Positions 26,381 to 36,319 of a stretch of DNA of 64,000 nucleotides are shown in pieces. Position numbers and translations under genes: made by a program. The notes beneath the pieces are model-generated. The model made no database searches and was not told the origin of the DNA. It saw only the letters and a program-made list of their open reading frames with translations. The stretch is from Chloroflexota bacterium (GTDB lineage Bacteria; Chloroflexota; Dehalococcoidia; DSTF01; JACRBR01). The first letter of the stretch is position 1, and every line of letters starts with the position of its first letter. Where the stretch lies: the NCBI GenBank assembly GCA_028872875.1, contig JAGWOC010000002.1, positions 38,574 through 102,573 of the forward strand. The letters are read 5' to 3'.

Positions 26381-27511
26381 ATGCTCACGCGCCTCGACGA
26401 CTACCTCGTACACCAGACGCCCGACACGGTCGACCACGTCGCTACCAGCGACCGCAACTTCTACGACCGCTACTACTTCAACGCCCACACGCTCGACGGC
26501 GAGGCCTTTCTCGTGGTTGCGATGGGCCTCTACCCGAACATCGGCGTCCTTGACGCGTTCGCGACGTGCGTGATCGGAGGCACGACCCAGTACATCGTCC
26601 GTGCGTCACGCGCGCTCGGCTCCGACCGGATGGACTCGAGCGCCGGCCCGGTGCGCGTCGAGGTGCTCGAGGGGCTCAGGCGGTTCCGCGTGACGGTCGA
26701 GCCGAACGCGTTCGGCCTCGCGCTCGACATGACGTTCGAGGGCGCGGCGCCGCCGTTCGAGGAGCCGCACTTCCTGCGCCGCGCCGGCAACCGCGTCGTG
26801 ATGGACTACACGCGGCTGACGCAGGGTGGCCGCTGGTCGGGGGAGCTCACGGCCGGTGGGCGCACATTCGACGTCGAGCCGTCGGCGTGGTGGGGTGCGC
26901 GCGACCACTCGTGGGGCGTGCGCCCGGTGGGCGGCGCCGAGCCGCCGTCCGCGCCACCGCCCGGTGGCGGGCCAGGCGGCTTCTTCTGGATCTGGACACC
27001 GATACAGTTCGAGACGGCCTGCCTGCCGTACACGTGCAGCGAGGAGCCCGACGGCACCCGCTGGCACGCCGCGGCCGAGCTGATCCCGGCGTACGCGCGC
27101 GGCGGGCAGGGCGAGCGGCTGACGGTGGTTGGACACGACATCGAGCTGCGCCCGGGCACGCGCACGTTCGAGCGCGGGACGCTGACCGTCGCGCGGCCCG
27201 GCGGCACGCCGGCGACGATCCACATGGAGCCGAAGTCGACGATCTACATGGCGGGCGCCGGCTATGCCTACACGGGCGGCTGGCGGCACGGCCAGTACCA
27301 CGGCCCGCTGGTCGTCGAGGGCGAGACCTGGGACCTTCGGGACGAAGCGCTCTTGCAGCGCGTCGCTGGCCAGACCGAGACGGTCTGCGACTACACCGTC
27401 GATGGCATCGACGGCCTCGGAGTTGGCCACGGGATCATCGAGTTCCTGCTGCTCGGCGCCTACCAGCCGTACGGCTTCCACACCTGGAGTGACGTGGCCC
27501 CGGCGAAGTAG
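26381..27511 (+). CDS. Conserved hypothetical protein (beta-barrel, lyase/cyclase-like)
   Basis: DRNFYDRYYFN, GARDHSWGVRP and GIIEFLLLG; GGAG SD. Confidence 0.8.
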   Translation: MLTRLDDYLVHQTPDTVDHVATSDRNFYDRYYFNAHTLDGEAFLVVAMGLYPNIGVLDAFATCVIGGTTQYIVRASRALGSDRMDSSAGPVRVEVLEGLRRFRVTVEPNAFGLALDMTFEGAAPPFEEPHFLRRAGNRVVMDYTRLTQGGRWSGELTAGGRTFDVEPSAWWGARDHSWGVRPVGGAEPPSAPPPGGGPGGFFWIWTPIQFETACLPYTCSEEPDGTRWHAAAELIPAYARGGQGERLTVVGHDIELRPGTRTFERGTLTVARPGGTPATIHMEPKSTIYMAGAGYAYTGGWRHGQYHGPLVVEGETWDLRDEALLQRVAGQTETVCDYTVDGIDGLGVGHGIIEFLLLGAYQPYGFHTWSDVAPAK

Positions 27512-27541
27512 CGGCACCCGCGCGCTGCGATGAGAACGGCG

Positions 27542-27572
27542 GCGGCGGGCAGGATTGTCTTCTGCCCGCCGC
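27542..27572. terminator. Hairpin between the convergent CDS and tRNA
   Basis: GCGGCGGGCAG-N9-CTGCCCGCCGC. Confidence 0.6.
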
Positions 27573-27589
27573 TGTCCCTGGTTGATGAG

Positions 27590-27665
27590 TGGTGCCGAGG
27601 GGCAGAGTTGAACTGCCGACACCGCGATTTTCAGTCGCGTGCTCTACCACCTGAGCTACCTCGGC
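27590..27665 (-). tRNA. trnF: tRNA-Phe(GAA)
   Basis: GCCGAGGTAGCTCAGGTGGTAGAGCA-CGCGACTGAAAATCGCG-GTGTCGGCAGTTCAACTCTGCCCCTCGGCACCA; 76 nt with encoded CCA; TTGCCC-N18-TACACT promoter upstream. Confidence 0.97.
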
Positions 27666-27784
27666 ACGAGCCTGAGTGTATCGGCGGCCCGTCGGCGCGG
27701 GCAAGGAATCGTGGCGCCGCCGCACGCATCTGCCCGTAAGCGGGGCCGCTGGTATACTGCGCCGAATCGACGACCGAGGTGCCG

Positions 27785-28663
27785 ATGGCCGTCCTGCTCG
27801 TTGCGTCATCTGAGCCGCGCGCCGGCCGCAGCCTGATCGCGGCGGCACTCGCCTACCGCCTGACGCGCGATGGCGCGCAGGTGACGCTCGCGCGCCTCGC
27901 CGGCGACGAGAGCGCCGTGCCCGACGCGGCGACGTTCGCGGCTCTCGACGGCCTCTCGGCCCCCGAGAGCCCCCTGACGCCCGAAGCCGTGCGGTCGCTT
28001 GCGGGCGACGTGGTGCTGGAAGCGCCGCCCGGACCTGTCCGGGAGCTCGCCTCGTCGCTGGAAGCGCGTGTGGTGGCTGTCGGCGGGGCGGCAGCGCCAG
28101 ATATCGACGCGCAGAAGGACGGACTGATCGGCGCGATCCTCACGCGCGTGCCCACGGCTGCCGTCGCGAAGGTGCGCGCGCGGGCGGGCGTCCTGGCGGT
28201 GCTGCCCGAGGATCGCGTGCTCGCTGCTCCGTCGCTCGACGACCTCGCTGCCGCGCTCGGCGGACGCTGGCTGCACCGGAGCGCCGAGCCGCGGTCGATC
28301 GGCCGCGTGATGATCGGCACCGTCGCGTCCGACGCCGGGTCGCCGTATTTCGGAAACCGCGAGCGGGTTTGCGTCATCACCCGCTTCGACAAGACGGATG
28401 TCCAGCTCGCGGCGCTCCTCACCGACCTGCGATGCCTGGTGATCACGGGTGGCGGCGAGCCGAGCCCGTACCTGCTCGACCGCGTGTGTAGCCACCCGGA
28501 TGAGGTCTCGCTGCTGTCGGTCCCGGGCTCGACGGTGGAGACGATGGCGAAGGTCGAACCGCTCTACGGGCGCAGCCGCTTCGACGGCGATGGGAAGCTC
28601 CGGCGCGCCGTCGAGATGCTCGACGAGGCCGGTGTCTCGCTACCGCTTGCCGTAGCGCCGTAA
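27785..28663 (+). CDS. Stand-alone DRTGG-domain protein (Pta N-terminal-like)
   Basis: Degenerate P-loop (PRAGRSLIA), ITRFDKTDVQLAAL and LVITGG. Confidence 0.75.
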   Translation: MAVLLVASSEPRAGRSLIAAALAYRLTRDGAQVTLARLAGDESAVPDAATFAALDGLSAPESPLTPEAVRSLAGDVVLEAPPGPVRELASSLEARVVAVGGAAAPDIDAQKDGLIGAILTRVPTAAVAKVRARAGVLAVLPEDRVLAAPSLDDLAAALGGRWLHRSAEPRSIGRVMIGTVASDAGSPYFGNRERVCVITRFDKTDVQLAALLTDLRCLVITGGGEPSPYLLDRVCSHPDEVSLLSVPGSTVETMAKVEPLYGRSRFDGDGKLRRAVEMLDEAGVSLPLAVAP

Positions 28664-28718
28664 CGCCGCCTGTCCGGAGGGCGGCACGCGGCGACACCAC
28701 GGATCCCCGCCAGGCCCC

Positions 28719-29519
28719 CTACGCGCTGAGTTCTTCGCCGCCATCGACGCCAATGACGTTGCCGGTCATCCAGTAGAGCCGCTCGTCGGAGAGCACGGCG
28801 ATGGCCCGCGCGACGTCCTCGGGCGTCGTCGCGCGGCCGCTGGGGTTGCGCTCCATGGCGCGCTGGTGCAGCTCCGGCCCGCCGGGGATGCGGCGCAGCG
28901 CGGGCGTGTCGGTGACGCCGGCGCGGATGGCGTTGGCCGTCACGCCCAGCGGCGCCAGCTCGAACGCGAGCTGGCGGATGTGCGATTCGAGCGCTGCCTT
29001 CGCGGCGGATACAGCGCCGTACGCCGCGATGACGCGCGTCGAACCGGAGCTGGTCATCGCGAAGATGCGGCTGTTGCGGCCGAGCAGGCGGCGCGCCGCC
29101 ATGTCCTGCGCCCAGTACACCAGGCTGTGCGCCATCACGTCGAGCGTCATGTCCATCTGCTTCTGGCTGATGCGCCCTTTCGGGTCATCGGCGACGAACG
29201 GCAGCAGCGAGCCAAACGCGAGCGAGTGCATCAGCACGTGCACGTAGCCGTCGTCCCCGAGCTTCTCGCGCACCGTGTCGAGGGTGGTGGCGCGCTTCTC
29301 TGCGTCCGCTGCGTTGATGTTGAAGAAGACCGCTTCCTGTCCGGCCGTCCTCACCTCGTCCCGCACGCGGAGTGCGTTCGGCAGCGTCGAGCGCAGGTCG
29401 AAGTGCACGCCGAAGACGCCGTAGCCGGCGCGCGCCAGCTCGACCGACGTGGCGCCGCCGAACCCGCTTGACGCGCCGAGGATCAGCGCCCATTTCGATG
29501 ACATACGCGCTCCCGTCAT
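28719..29519 (-). CDS. fabL: SDR enoyl-ACP reductase, FabL-like
   Basis: LILGASSGFG, YGAVSAAKAALE, GVTDTPAL and VDGG motifs. Confidence 0.8.
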   Translation of the reverse strand: MTGARMSSKWALILGASSGFGGATSVELARAGYGVFGVHFDLRSTLPNALRVRDEVRTAGQEAVFFNINAADAEKRATTLDTVREKLGDDGYVHVLMHSLAFGSLLPFVADDPKGRISQKQMDMTLDVMAHSLVYWAQDMAARRLLGRNSRIFAMTSSGSTRVIAAYGAVSAAKAALESHIRQLAFELAPLGVTANAIRAGVTDTPALRRIPGGPELHQRAMERNPSGRATTPEDVARAIAVLSDERLYWMTGNVIGVDGGEELSA

Positions 29520-29713
29520 GGACTCGCCGCGCGGCGATCTCGCGCCAGTCTACGCCAGTCGTGCGCCTGCGTCACGAGGCGCGCGCGGCACGCCCCCGGG
29601 CTGCAAGCACTGAAGCCTGGCTCGCATGGCTAACCAAAGCGCAAAGTGGCAAGGTCCATCAGGATCGATCCTCGTCCCCGATCCCCGGCGTACGCTGAGC
29701 GCCCTTGCCCGCG

Positions 29714-29722
29714 TGGTATACT
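29714..29722 (+). promoter_or_regulatory. Extended -10 promoter for the riboswitch-otsAB transcript
   Basis: TG-G-TATACT. Confidence 0.7.
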
Positions 29723-29730
29723 TTCCCCAA

Positions 29731-29860
29731 ACCGCATAAGGCCGAATCCGCGGACGCGGAGCGGGGGAACCATCGGTGGGGTGAATCTCGCGCGACGGCG
29801 CGAGTAGGTCAGCCTTCTCAGACCGAACCCGACAGCTAACCTCGCAGGCACGTGAGAGGC
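29731..29860 (+). ncRNA. c-di-AMP (ydaO/yuaA) riboswitch
   Basis: GCCGAATCC...GAGCGGGGGAACCA...TGGGGTGAATC...TAGG...CCGAACCCGACAGCTAACCTCGCAGGC, matching the ydaO consensus blocks. Confidence 0.92.
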
Positions 29861-29873
29861 GACGACGCTCGAT

Positions 29874-29902
29874 GAAGGGCAGGGTCGCTCCCTGTCCTTC
29901 TT
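29874..29902 (+). terminator. Terminator-like hairpin forming the riboswitch expression platform
   Basis: GAAGGGCAGGG-TCGCT-CCCTGTCCTTC-TT; short U-tract. Confidence 0.6.
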
Positions 29903-29954
29903 GGTGTCCCTCGCGCTGCTGTTCGACCGGCATGGATCGCAGGAGGCCGGCGTT

Positions 29955-32219
29955 TTGACGACCATCGCCCCGCAGCCCGCCGCACCGTCGCTGCCGTACC
30001 CGTCCGAGGTCCCGCCGGCGACCGGACGCCTTCTTCTCGTCGCCAACCGGCTGCCCATCACCGCCAGGATCGGCGACGATGGTGCGATCAGCGTCGAGCC
30101 GTCATCGGGCGGGCTCGCCACGGGGCTCTGGGGTCCGCATCAGCGCTCCGGCGGCCTCTGGATCGGCTGGCCCGGCGAGCTGCAGCTCGACCCACGGCAG
30201 AAGCGGCAGCTCGACGACAAGCTCGCCGACCTCCGCGCGCTACCCGTCTACCTCACGCAGGACGAGGTCAACGAGTACTACGAGAACATGGCGAACGGCG
30301 TCCTCTGGCCGCTGTTTCACTACCTCATCGACCAGCTCCCGAACGAGCTCGGAGACTGGAATGTCTTCCGCGGCGTCAACGAGAAATTCGCCCGCGCCGT
30401 CATCGACAACTACCGCTCCGGAGACCTGATCTGGGTGCAGGACTACCACCTGATGCTCGTGCCGGCGATGCTGCGTCGCGCCCTCCCCGATGCCCGCATC
30501 GGGTTCTTCCTCCATGTGCCGTTCCCCTCGTCCGAGGTGTTCAGCGTGCTGCCCTGGCGCGAGGAGATCCTCCAGGGCCTGCTCGGCGCCGACCTCATCG
30601 GCTTCCACACGCCCGGCTACCTCCGCCACTTCAGCACGTCGCTCCGCCGCGTGCTTGGCGTCGACGTCGATGTTGACGCGCTCTGGCAGGACGAGCGCCG
30701 GGTGCGGCTCGGCGTCTTCCCGATGGGCGTCGATGCCGCCCGCTGGGCGCGCTCTGCCGACAGCCCCGAGGTCGCGCGCGAGGTCGCTTCCCTGTGCGAG
30801 GAGGCCGGCGGCCGCAAGATCATCGTCGGCATCGACCGGCTCGACTACACGAAGGGCATCCCGCGGCGCCTCGTCGCCATCGACCGGCTGTTCGCCGACC
30901 ATCCGGAGCTCTGTGACCGCGTGCGTGTCGTGCAGGTCACCGTGCCGTCGCGCGAACACGTCGAGCAATACGCCGAGTTCAAGCGCCGCATCGACGAGCT
31001 GGTCGGCCGCATCAACGGCACCCACGCCACCGCGAGCTGGATGCCCATCCATCACATGTACCGCGCGATCTCCCAGGCGGAGGTCTGCGCGCTCTATCGT
31101 GCCGCCGACGTGATGCTCGTGACGCCCGTCCGCGACGGCATGAACCTCGTCGCCAAGGAGTTCGTCGCCACCCGCACCGACGAAGACGGCGTGCTGATCC
31201 TCAGCGAGTTCGCCGGCGCCGCCGCCGAGATGGGCGAGGCGCTGCACATCAACCCGTTCGACACAGAGCGCCTGGCCGCGCGCATCAATGATGCGCTGTC
31301 CATGCCCGAGCCCGAACGCAAAGCCCGCATGCGCGCCCTCCGCTCACGCGTGCTGACCCACGACGTGCACCGCTGGGCCGAGTCGTTCATCGGCGCGCTG
31401 GCGGAGACCGGCCCGGCGTACCGCCGTTCGCAGCGCGCGTCCGCTCCGTCCGATCTCGCGTCGATTGTCGAATGTGTCCGCCGGGCGCCCCAGGCGCTGC
31501 TGGTCCTCGACTACGATGGCACGCTCGTCCCCTTCGCCCCGACGCCCGACGAGGCCGTCCCGGATCCTGACCTGCGCGACCTTCTGAGCGCGCTGGCGGC
31601 GCGGCCCGGCCTGCACGTGCACGTGGTCAGCGGACGCACCCGCGCTTCGCTTGACCGCTGGCTCGGCTGCCTTCCCGTCGGCCTGCACGCGGAGCACGGC
31701 CTCTGGTCACGCCTTGCGCCGGGCGCGCCCTGGCGCATCCTGCGCCCCGTGTCGCAGGAGTGGAAGGAGAAGGTCCGCCCGATCATGGAGCACTTCGTCG
31801 GCGCGACCCGCGGCACCTTCATCGAGGAGAAGACCGGCTCGCTCGCGTGGCACTACCGGCTGGCGAAGGCAGACTTCGCGCCGGAGACCGATTTCGGCGA
31901 GTACCAGGCGAAGGAGTTGCGCCTGCTGCTCGGCGAGATGCTGAGCAACGCCCCCGTCCAGGTCCTCGCCGGCAACAAGGTCGTGGAAGTGCGGCCGCAG
32001 GGCGTCCACAAGGGGATGATCGTGCCCGTGCTCCTCTCGACGATCGAGGATCAGGCGCCCATCCTCGTGGTCGGCGACGACCGCACCGACGAAGACATCT
32101 TCGCTGCCCTCCCGGATGACGCGCTCACGGTGCACGTCGGGTCGGGCGTCAGCCTCGCCCAGTTCCGCGTCGATACGCCCGCCGACGTCCGCCGCCTCCT
32201 CCGCGCCATCGTCGCCTGA
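29955..32219 (+). CDS. otsA: Bifunctional trehalose-6-phosphate synthase/phosphatase (OtsA-OtsB fusion)
   Basis: [34 protein letters not shown] and LDYDGTL HAD motif; TTG start after AGGAGG. Confidence 0.95.
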   Translation: MTTIAPQPAAPSLPYPSEVPPATGRLLLVANRLPITARIGDDGAISVEPSSGGLATGLWGPHQRSGGLWIGWPGELQLDPRQKRQLDDKLADLRALPVYLTQDEVNEYYENMANGVLWPLFHYLIDQLPNELGDWNVFRGVNEKFARAVIDNYRSGDLIWVQDYHLMLVPAMLRRALPDARIGFFLHVPFPSSEVFSVLPWREEILQGLLGADLIGFHTPGYLRHFSTSLRRVLGVDVDVDALWQDERRVRLGVFPMGVDAARWARSADSPEVAREVASLCEEAGGRKIIVGIDRLDYTKGIPRRLVAIDRLFADHPELCDRVRVVQVTVPSREHVEQYAEFKRRIDELVGRINGTHATASWMPIHHMYRAISQAEVCALYRAADVMLVTPVRDGMNLVAKEFVATRTDEDGVLILSEFAGAAAEMGEALHINPFDTERLAARINDALSMPEPERKARMRALRSRVLTHDVHRWAESFIGALAETGPAYRRSQRASAPSDLASIVECVRRAPQALLVLDYDGTLVPFAPTPDEAVPDPDLRDLLSALAARPGLHVHVVSGRTRASLDRWLGCLPVGLHAEHGLWSRLAPGAPWRILRPVSQEWKEKVRPIMEHFVGATRGTFIEEKTGSLAWHYRLAKADFAPETDFGEYQAKELRLLLGEMLSNAPVQVLAGNKVVEVRPQGVHKGMIVPVLLSTIEDQAPILVVGDDRTDEDIFAALPDDALTVHVGSGVSLAQFRVDTPADVRRLLRAIVA

Positions 32220-32343
32220 CGCGGCCGGTCACGGCCGCGCGCCGCCCAGTAGCGCTCCGCGCGCACCGGCGCGCCGGACTGTGCTACGATAGCCGCCAGC
32301 GCAGTCCGGTCTGCGGAGACTGCCATGTGAAGGGAGAGACGAC

Positions 32344-32583
32344 ATGGTCCGCAATGCGCTCCAGCACGGCGAGGACGGCCACGGCCTGCCGCTGATCGGC
32401 ACGCTCGCCGGTGCCGCCGGTGCCATCCTGCTCGCGGTCGGCGCGGCCAACGGCACCGGCGCGCTGGCGATCGTCGGCGGCATCGTCCTCGCGGTCGCGC
32501 TCACGGCCACCATGGTGCTGAACCACGTCGGCGTCGAGTACGACATCTACCGCCGGCTCGACGAGATCGAAAAGAAGAGGTAG
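32344..32583 (+). CDS. Small 2-TM membrane protein (79 aa)
   Basis: AAGGGAG SD; TGCTACGAT extended -10 upstream. Confidence 0.75.
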   Translation: MVRNALQHGEDGHGLPLIGTLAGAAGAILLAVGAANGTGALAIVGGIVLAVALTATMVLNHVGVEYDIYRRLDEIEKKR

Positions 32584-32666
32584 GGACAGATCCTCAGACC
32601 TGTCCGCCGCCGGTGGCCCCTCGCCTCGCGGACTGTAGCCGCGGAGGTTCAGCTTCGGCCGGCGCC

Positions 32667-33551
32667 TCAGACGACCTCCTGCCCGGTCAGCCGCCGGTAT
32701 GCCTCCCTGTACCGCTCCGACGTGCCGCGCACGACCTCGGGCGGCAGCGCCGGCGCCGGCGGCTCCCGGTCCCAGCCGGATGCGCTCAGCCAGTCCCGCA
32801 CGTACTGCTTGTCGAAGCTCGGCTGCGGCTGCCCGGGCCGGTAATCGGCGACGTCCCAGAAGCGGCTCGAGTCCGGTGTCAGGATCTCGTCGATGACGAT
32901 CAGCTCGCCCTCGCGCCAACCGAACTCGAACTTCGTGTCGGCGATGATGATCCCCCGCTCGCGCGCGTACGCCGCCGCGAAGTTGTACAGCGCCAAGCTC
33001 CGCAGCTTCAGCACCTGCGCCGGCTCCGGCCCCACTTCCTGGATCAGGTCAGAGAGCGTCATCGGCTCGTCGTGGCCCTCTTCGGCCTTCGTCGTCGGCG
33101 TGAACATCGGCTCCGTGAGCTGCTGGCTCTCCACCATCCCCTTCTCCAGCCGCACGCCGTTCACTGTGCCCCACTGCTTGTACTCCGTCCACGCCGACCC
33201 CGAGAGGTACCCTCGCACGATGCACTCCACGTCGACGCGCTGTGCCTTCTTGACGATCGACGTGCGGCCGATCAGCTCCGCCGGCAGCGCGAACGGCAGG
33301 TCGTCGGCCGCTGTCCCATCCGCGAGACGGATGAAGTGGTTCGGCACGACATCCTTCGTGCGCGAGAACCACCACGCCGACATCTGGCTCAGGACTTTGC
33401 CCTTGTCGGGGATGCCCGTCGGCAGCACCGCGTCGAACGCCGAGATCCGGTCGGTCGCGACGATGAGCAGGCGGTCGCCCAGGTCGTACGTGTCGCGGAC
33501 CTTACCGCGGTACGTCCTGTCCGGGAGTGGGGAGTCGATCAGCAGCGGCAT
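32667..33551 (-). CDS. purC: SAICAR synthetase
   Basis: YRGKVRDTY, TDRISAFD, ADTKFEFG, DEILTPDSSRFW and DKQYVRDW motifs. Confidence 0.96.
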   Translation of the reverse strand: MPLLIDSPLPDRTYRGKVRDTYDLGDRLLIVATDRISAFDAVLPTGIPDKGKVLSQMSAWWFSRTKDVVPNHFIRLADGTAADDLPFALPAELIGRTSIVKKAQRVDVECIVRGYLSGSAWTEYKQWGTVNGVRLEKGMVESQQLTEPMFTPTTKAEEGHDEPMTLSDLIQEVGPEPAQVLKLRSLALYNFAAAYARERGIIIADTKFEFGWREGELIVIDEILTPDSSRFWDVADYRPGQPQPSFDKQYVRDWLSASGWDREPPAPALPPEVVRGTSERYREAYRRLTGQEVV

Positions 33552-34320
33552 CGGCTTGTCTTCTCGCTTTCAGGTCGTAGTACAACAACGTCTGTGCGGT
33601 CACCGCGAACGGTAGCACGAGCGCCGACACCACGCTCGTCACCACCGCCGCCACCAGCGTCGGCGCCAGCGTGGCCGCGGTCGCGAGCAGCAGCGGCCCG
33701 AGCTGGATCAGCGTGATCACCACGACGATCCCGAAGGTCCGCCACCAGCGCCCGCGCACCGCGTCCGCGCTCGCGTCGAGCGCCGTCCAGCGGTCGCCGC
33801 CCTCCATCATCACCGCCTGTTCGGCGAAGAGCCAGCGCACCGAGAGATACAGCGTGAGCGCGAACGGCACGGTCACCAGCCACCAGTTGCGGCGGCCGTC
33901 GATCGTGGCTCCCGGGTGCGTCAGCCACCAGAGGGTCAGTGCCGGCACGGCGGCGAGCGAGAGCACGCCGAGCCCCGCGGCCAGGAGCGCTGTCGCGATG
34001 ACGGGCCGGAACCGCTCGAACGCCGCGTCGATCGCGCGGGAGAAGCCGGGCGCCGTGCCGCCGGAGAACTCGTGCACCGCCGCGATCAGCGCCGCGCTCG
34101 CAAGCAGCGAGACGAGCACCGCCGGGATGATCAGCAGCGAGACGATGTTCTGCTGAGCCGCCTGCGACCCCACGCGCCGCTGCACGACCGCGATCAGCAT
34201 CTGGAGCGGCACCGTGGTCAGTGCGATGCCGAGGAGCGTCGCGAAGTTCCGCCCGTACGCCCGGTACGCCAGCCCGACGATATCGCCGAGGTCGTGCTGT
34301 CCGCGCAGGTCCGCGTTCAC
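33502..34320 (-). CDS. Multi-pass membrane protein inside the pur operon
   Basis: GTGA overlap with the purB stop; about 6 hydrophobic segments; SADAVRGRWWR and LLYYDLKAR. Confidence 0.8.
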   Translation of the reverse strand: MNADLRGQHDLGDIVGLAYRAYGRNFATLLGIALTTVPLQMLIAVVQRRVGSQAAQQNIVSLLIIPAVLVSLLASAALIAAVHEFSGGTAPGFSRAIDAAFERFRPVIATALLAAGLGVLSLAAVPALTLWWLTHPGATIDGRRNWWLVTVPFALTLYLSVRWLFAEQAVMMEGGDRWTALDASADAVRGRWWRTFGIVVVITLIQLGPLLLATAATLAPTLVAAVVTSVVSALVLPFAVTAQTLLYYDLKARRQADAAADRLPTPGQDVPR

Positions 34321-35609
34321 ACGAGTCCGAGCCGCCGGAAGCTCTCGTCCACCTGCCGCGTATAGGCGCCGTAGTCGAAGATCGCGTCCAGCGCGGCGCC
34401 GCCGAGGCGCGACGTGACGCGCGCGTCCGCCTCGAGCAGCGGGCGGAATGCCGCGCGCTCCTTCCACGCCCGCATCGCGTGCGACTGCACGACCTTGTAC
34501 GCGTCCTGCCGCGACATGCCGGCGTCGATCAGCGCGAGCAGCACCCGCTGCGAGAACACGAGCCCCTGCGTCAGCTCCAGGTTGCGGCGCATGTTCTCCG
34601 GGTAGACCTGCAGGCCCCGCATGATCTCCGTGAACAGCGACAGCATGTAATCGAGCAGGATGCACGAGTCCGGCAGGATGATCCGCTCCGCCGATGAGTG
34701 TGAGATGTCCCGCTCGTGCCACAGCGCGACGTCCTCCGTCGCGGTCACGGCGTGGCCGCGCAGCACGCGGGCGAGCCCGCAGACCCGCTCGCACAGCTCC
34801 GGGTTGCGCTTGTGCGGCATCGCGCTCGAGCCGGTCTGGCCCTCGCTGAACGGCTCCTCCGTCTCCAGCACCTCGGTCCGCTGCAAGTGCCGCAGCTCGA
34901 GCGCGAACCGCTCGAGTGATGCCCCGACGAGCGACAGCGTCTGCACGAACTGCGCGTGCCGGTCGCGCGCCACCACCTGCGTGCTCACCGGCTCGACGCC
35001 CAGCCCGAGCCGCGCGCACACGCGCTCCTCGACCTCCGGCGGCACCGTCGCGTGCGTGCCGACGGCGCCGCTGATCTTGCCGACGGCGATCTGCGCCTTC
35101 GCGTCGGCCAGGCGCTGCTGGTCGCGCCGCACCTCCGCCACCCAGCCGGCCAGCTTCAGCCCGAACGTCGTCGGCTCCGCGTGCACGCCGTGCGACCGGC
35201 CGATCGTCAGGGTGTCCTTGAACTCGACCGCCCGCCGTTCGATCACACCCCGCAGCTCCGCCAGCCCCGCTTCGATGATCGATGCGGCGTCGCGCAGTTG
35301 CAGCGCCGTCGCCGTGTCCCATACGTCCGACGACGTCAGCCCCAGGTGCACCCAGCGCCCCTCTTCGCCGAGGCTGTCGGCGACCGAGCGCAGGAACGCC
35401 GTGACGTCGTGGTGCGTCTCCGCCTGGTAGCGGTTCAGGTCGTCGAGGTTGTAGCGCGCCCGCCGCACCTTCTCGGCGTCCGCGGCCGGCACGCGCCCCG
35501 CCTCCGCCCAGGCGTCGACGACCGCTACCTCGACCGCCAGCCAGCGGTCGAACTTCCCCTCGTCGGACCAGATCGCCCCCATCTCGGGACGTGTGTAGCG
35601 CTCGATCAT
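34317..35609 (-). CDS. purB: Adenylosuccinate lyase
   Basis: MIERYTRPEM, GRSHGVHAEPT, GSSAMPHKRNP and HERDISHSS motifs. Confidence 0.97.
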   Translation of the reverse strand: MIERYTRPEMGAIWSDEGKFDRWLAVEVAVVDAWAEAGRVPAADAEKVRRARYNLDDLNRYQAETHHDVTAFLRSVADSLGEEGRWVHLGLTSSDVWDTATALQLRDAASIIEAGLAELRGVIERRAVEFKDTLTIGRSHGVHAEPTTFGLKLAGWVAEVRRDQQRLADAKAQIAVGKISGAVGTHATVPPEVEERVCARLGLGVEPVSTQVVARDRHAQFVQTLSLVGASLERFALELRHLQRTEVLETEEPFSEGQTGSSAMPHKRNPELCERVCGLARVLRGHAVTATEDVALWHERDISHSSAERIILPDSCILLDYMLSLFTEIMRGLQVYPENMRRNLELTQGLVFSQRVLLALIDAGMSRQDAYKVVQSHAMRAWKERAAFRPLLEADARVTSRLGGAALDAIFDYGAYTRQVDESFRRLGLV

Positions 35610-35630
35610 GGCCCGCCTCCGGCGCAGAAC

Positions 35631-35651
35631 AACCAGCAAACAGCAGACAGC
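35631..35651. repeat. Degenerate heptamer tandem repeat
   Basis: AACCAGC AAACAGC AGACAGC. Confidence 0.5.
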
Positions 35652-35799
35652 AAGGTGCTCATCCCAAACTGGCGCGCGGACGCCCCCGGCTGCGCAATGC
35701 AACAAACGAGGACGTGGCGGTGCTGCTTGCTACGCCCCTTTGGTGACGACGGGGCGCGGCGAGCAGCACCCATGCACCGGAAGCTTCTGCGAAGCGTTC

Positions 35800-35827
35800 C
35801 TCCACCCTCTATCCTCCGGCTTCCAGT
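35800..35827. repeat. Degenerate heptamer tandem repeat
   Basis: CTCCACC CTCTATC CTCCGGC TTCCAGT. Confidence 0.4.
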
Positions 35828-35850
35828 GTCCGGGATCTCGCAAGCGCCCG

Positions 35851-36312
35851 CTAGCCGCCGGCCAGCCCCGCGCGATACGCGTCGTATGCCGCCCGCACGT
35901 CCGCGTGCCCCAGTGCCAGGATCTCCGCCGCCAGCGCTGCCGCGTTGCGCGCCCCCCAGGCGCCGATCGCCACCGTCGCCACCGGCATGCCCGGCGGCAT
36001 CTGCACCATCGAGTACAAGGCATCGATGCCCTTCAGTTCGCTCGACGCCAGCGGCACGCCGATCACCGGCAGCGGCGTGTACGACTTGCAGACCCCCGGC
36101 AGCGCCGCCGCGCCGCCCGCCGCCGCGATGATCACCTCGATCCCCCGCTCGCGCGCCATCGTCACGTACTCCCGCACGGTGTCCGGCGCGCGGTGCGCCG
36201 ACATCACGTGAACCTCGTACTCGATGCCGAACTTCGTCAGCGTCTCCATGCACGGCTGCATCACGTCCATATCGGACTTCGACCCCATCAGCACGGCCAC
36301 CAGCGCGGTCAT
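35851..36312 (-). CDS. purE: N5-CAIR mutase
   Basis: MGSKSD, SAHRAP, AAAGGAAALPG, PVIGVP and VQMPPGMPVATV motifs. Confidence 0.96.
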   Translation of the reverse strand: MTALVAVLMGSKSDMDVMQPCMETLTKFGIEYEVHVMSAHRAPDTVREYVTMARERGIEVIIAAAGGAAALPGVCKSYTPLPVIGVPLASSELKGIDALYSMVQMPPGMPVATVAIGAWGARNAAALAAEILALGHADVRAAYDAYRAGLAGG

Positions 36313-36319
36313 GTGTCCC

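Noticed and set aside
27590-27665. tRNA-Phe as an integration site for an island
   Set aside because: No integrase, no duplicated tRNA 3' end and no compositional break seen nearby.
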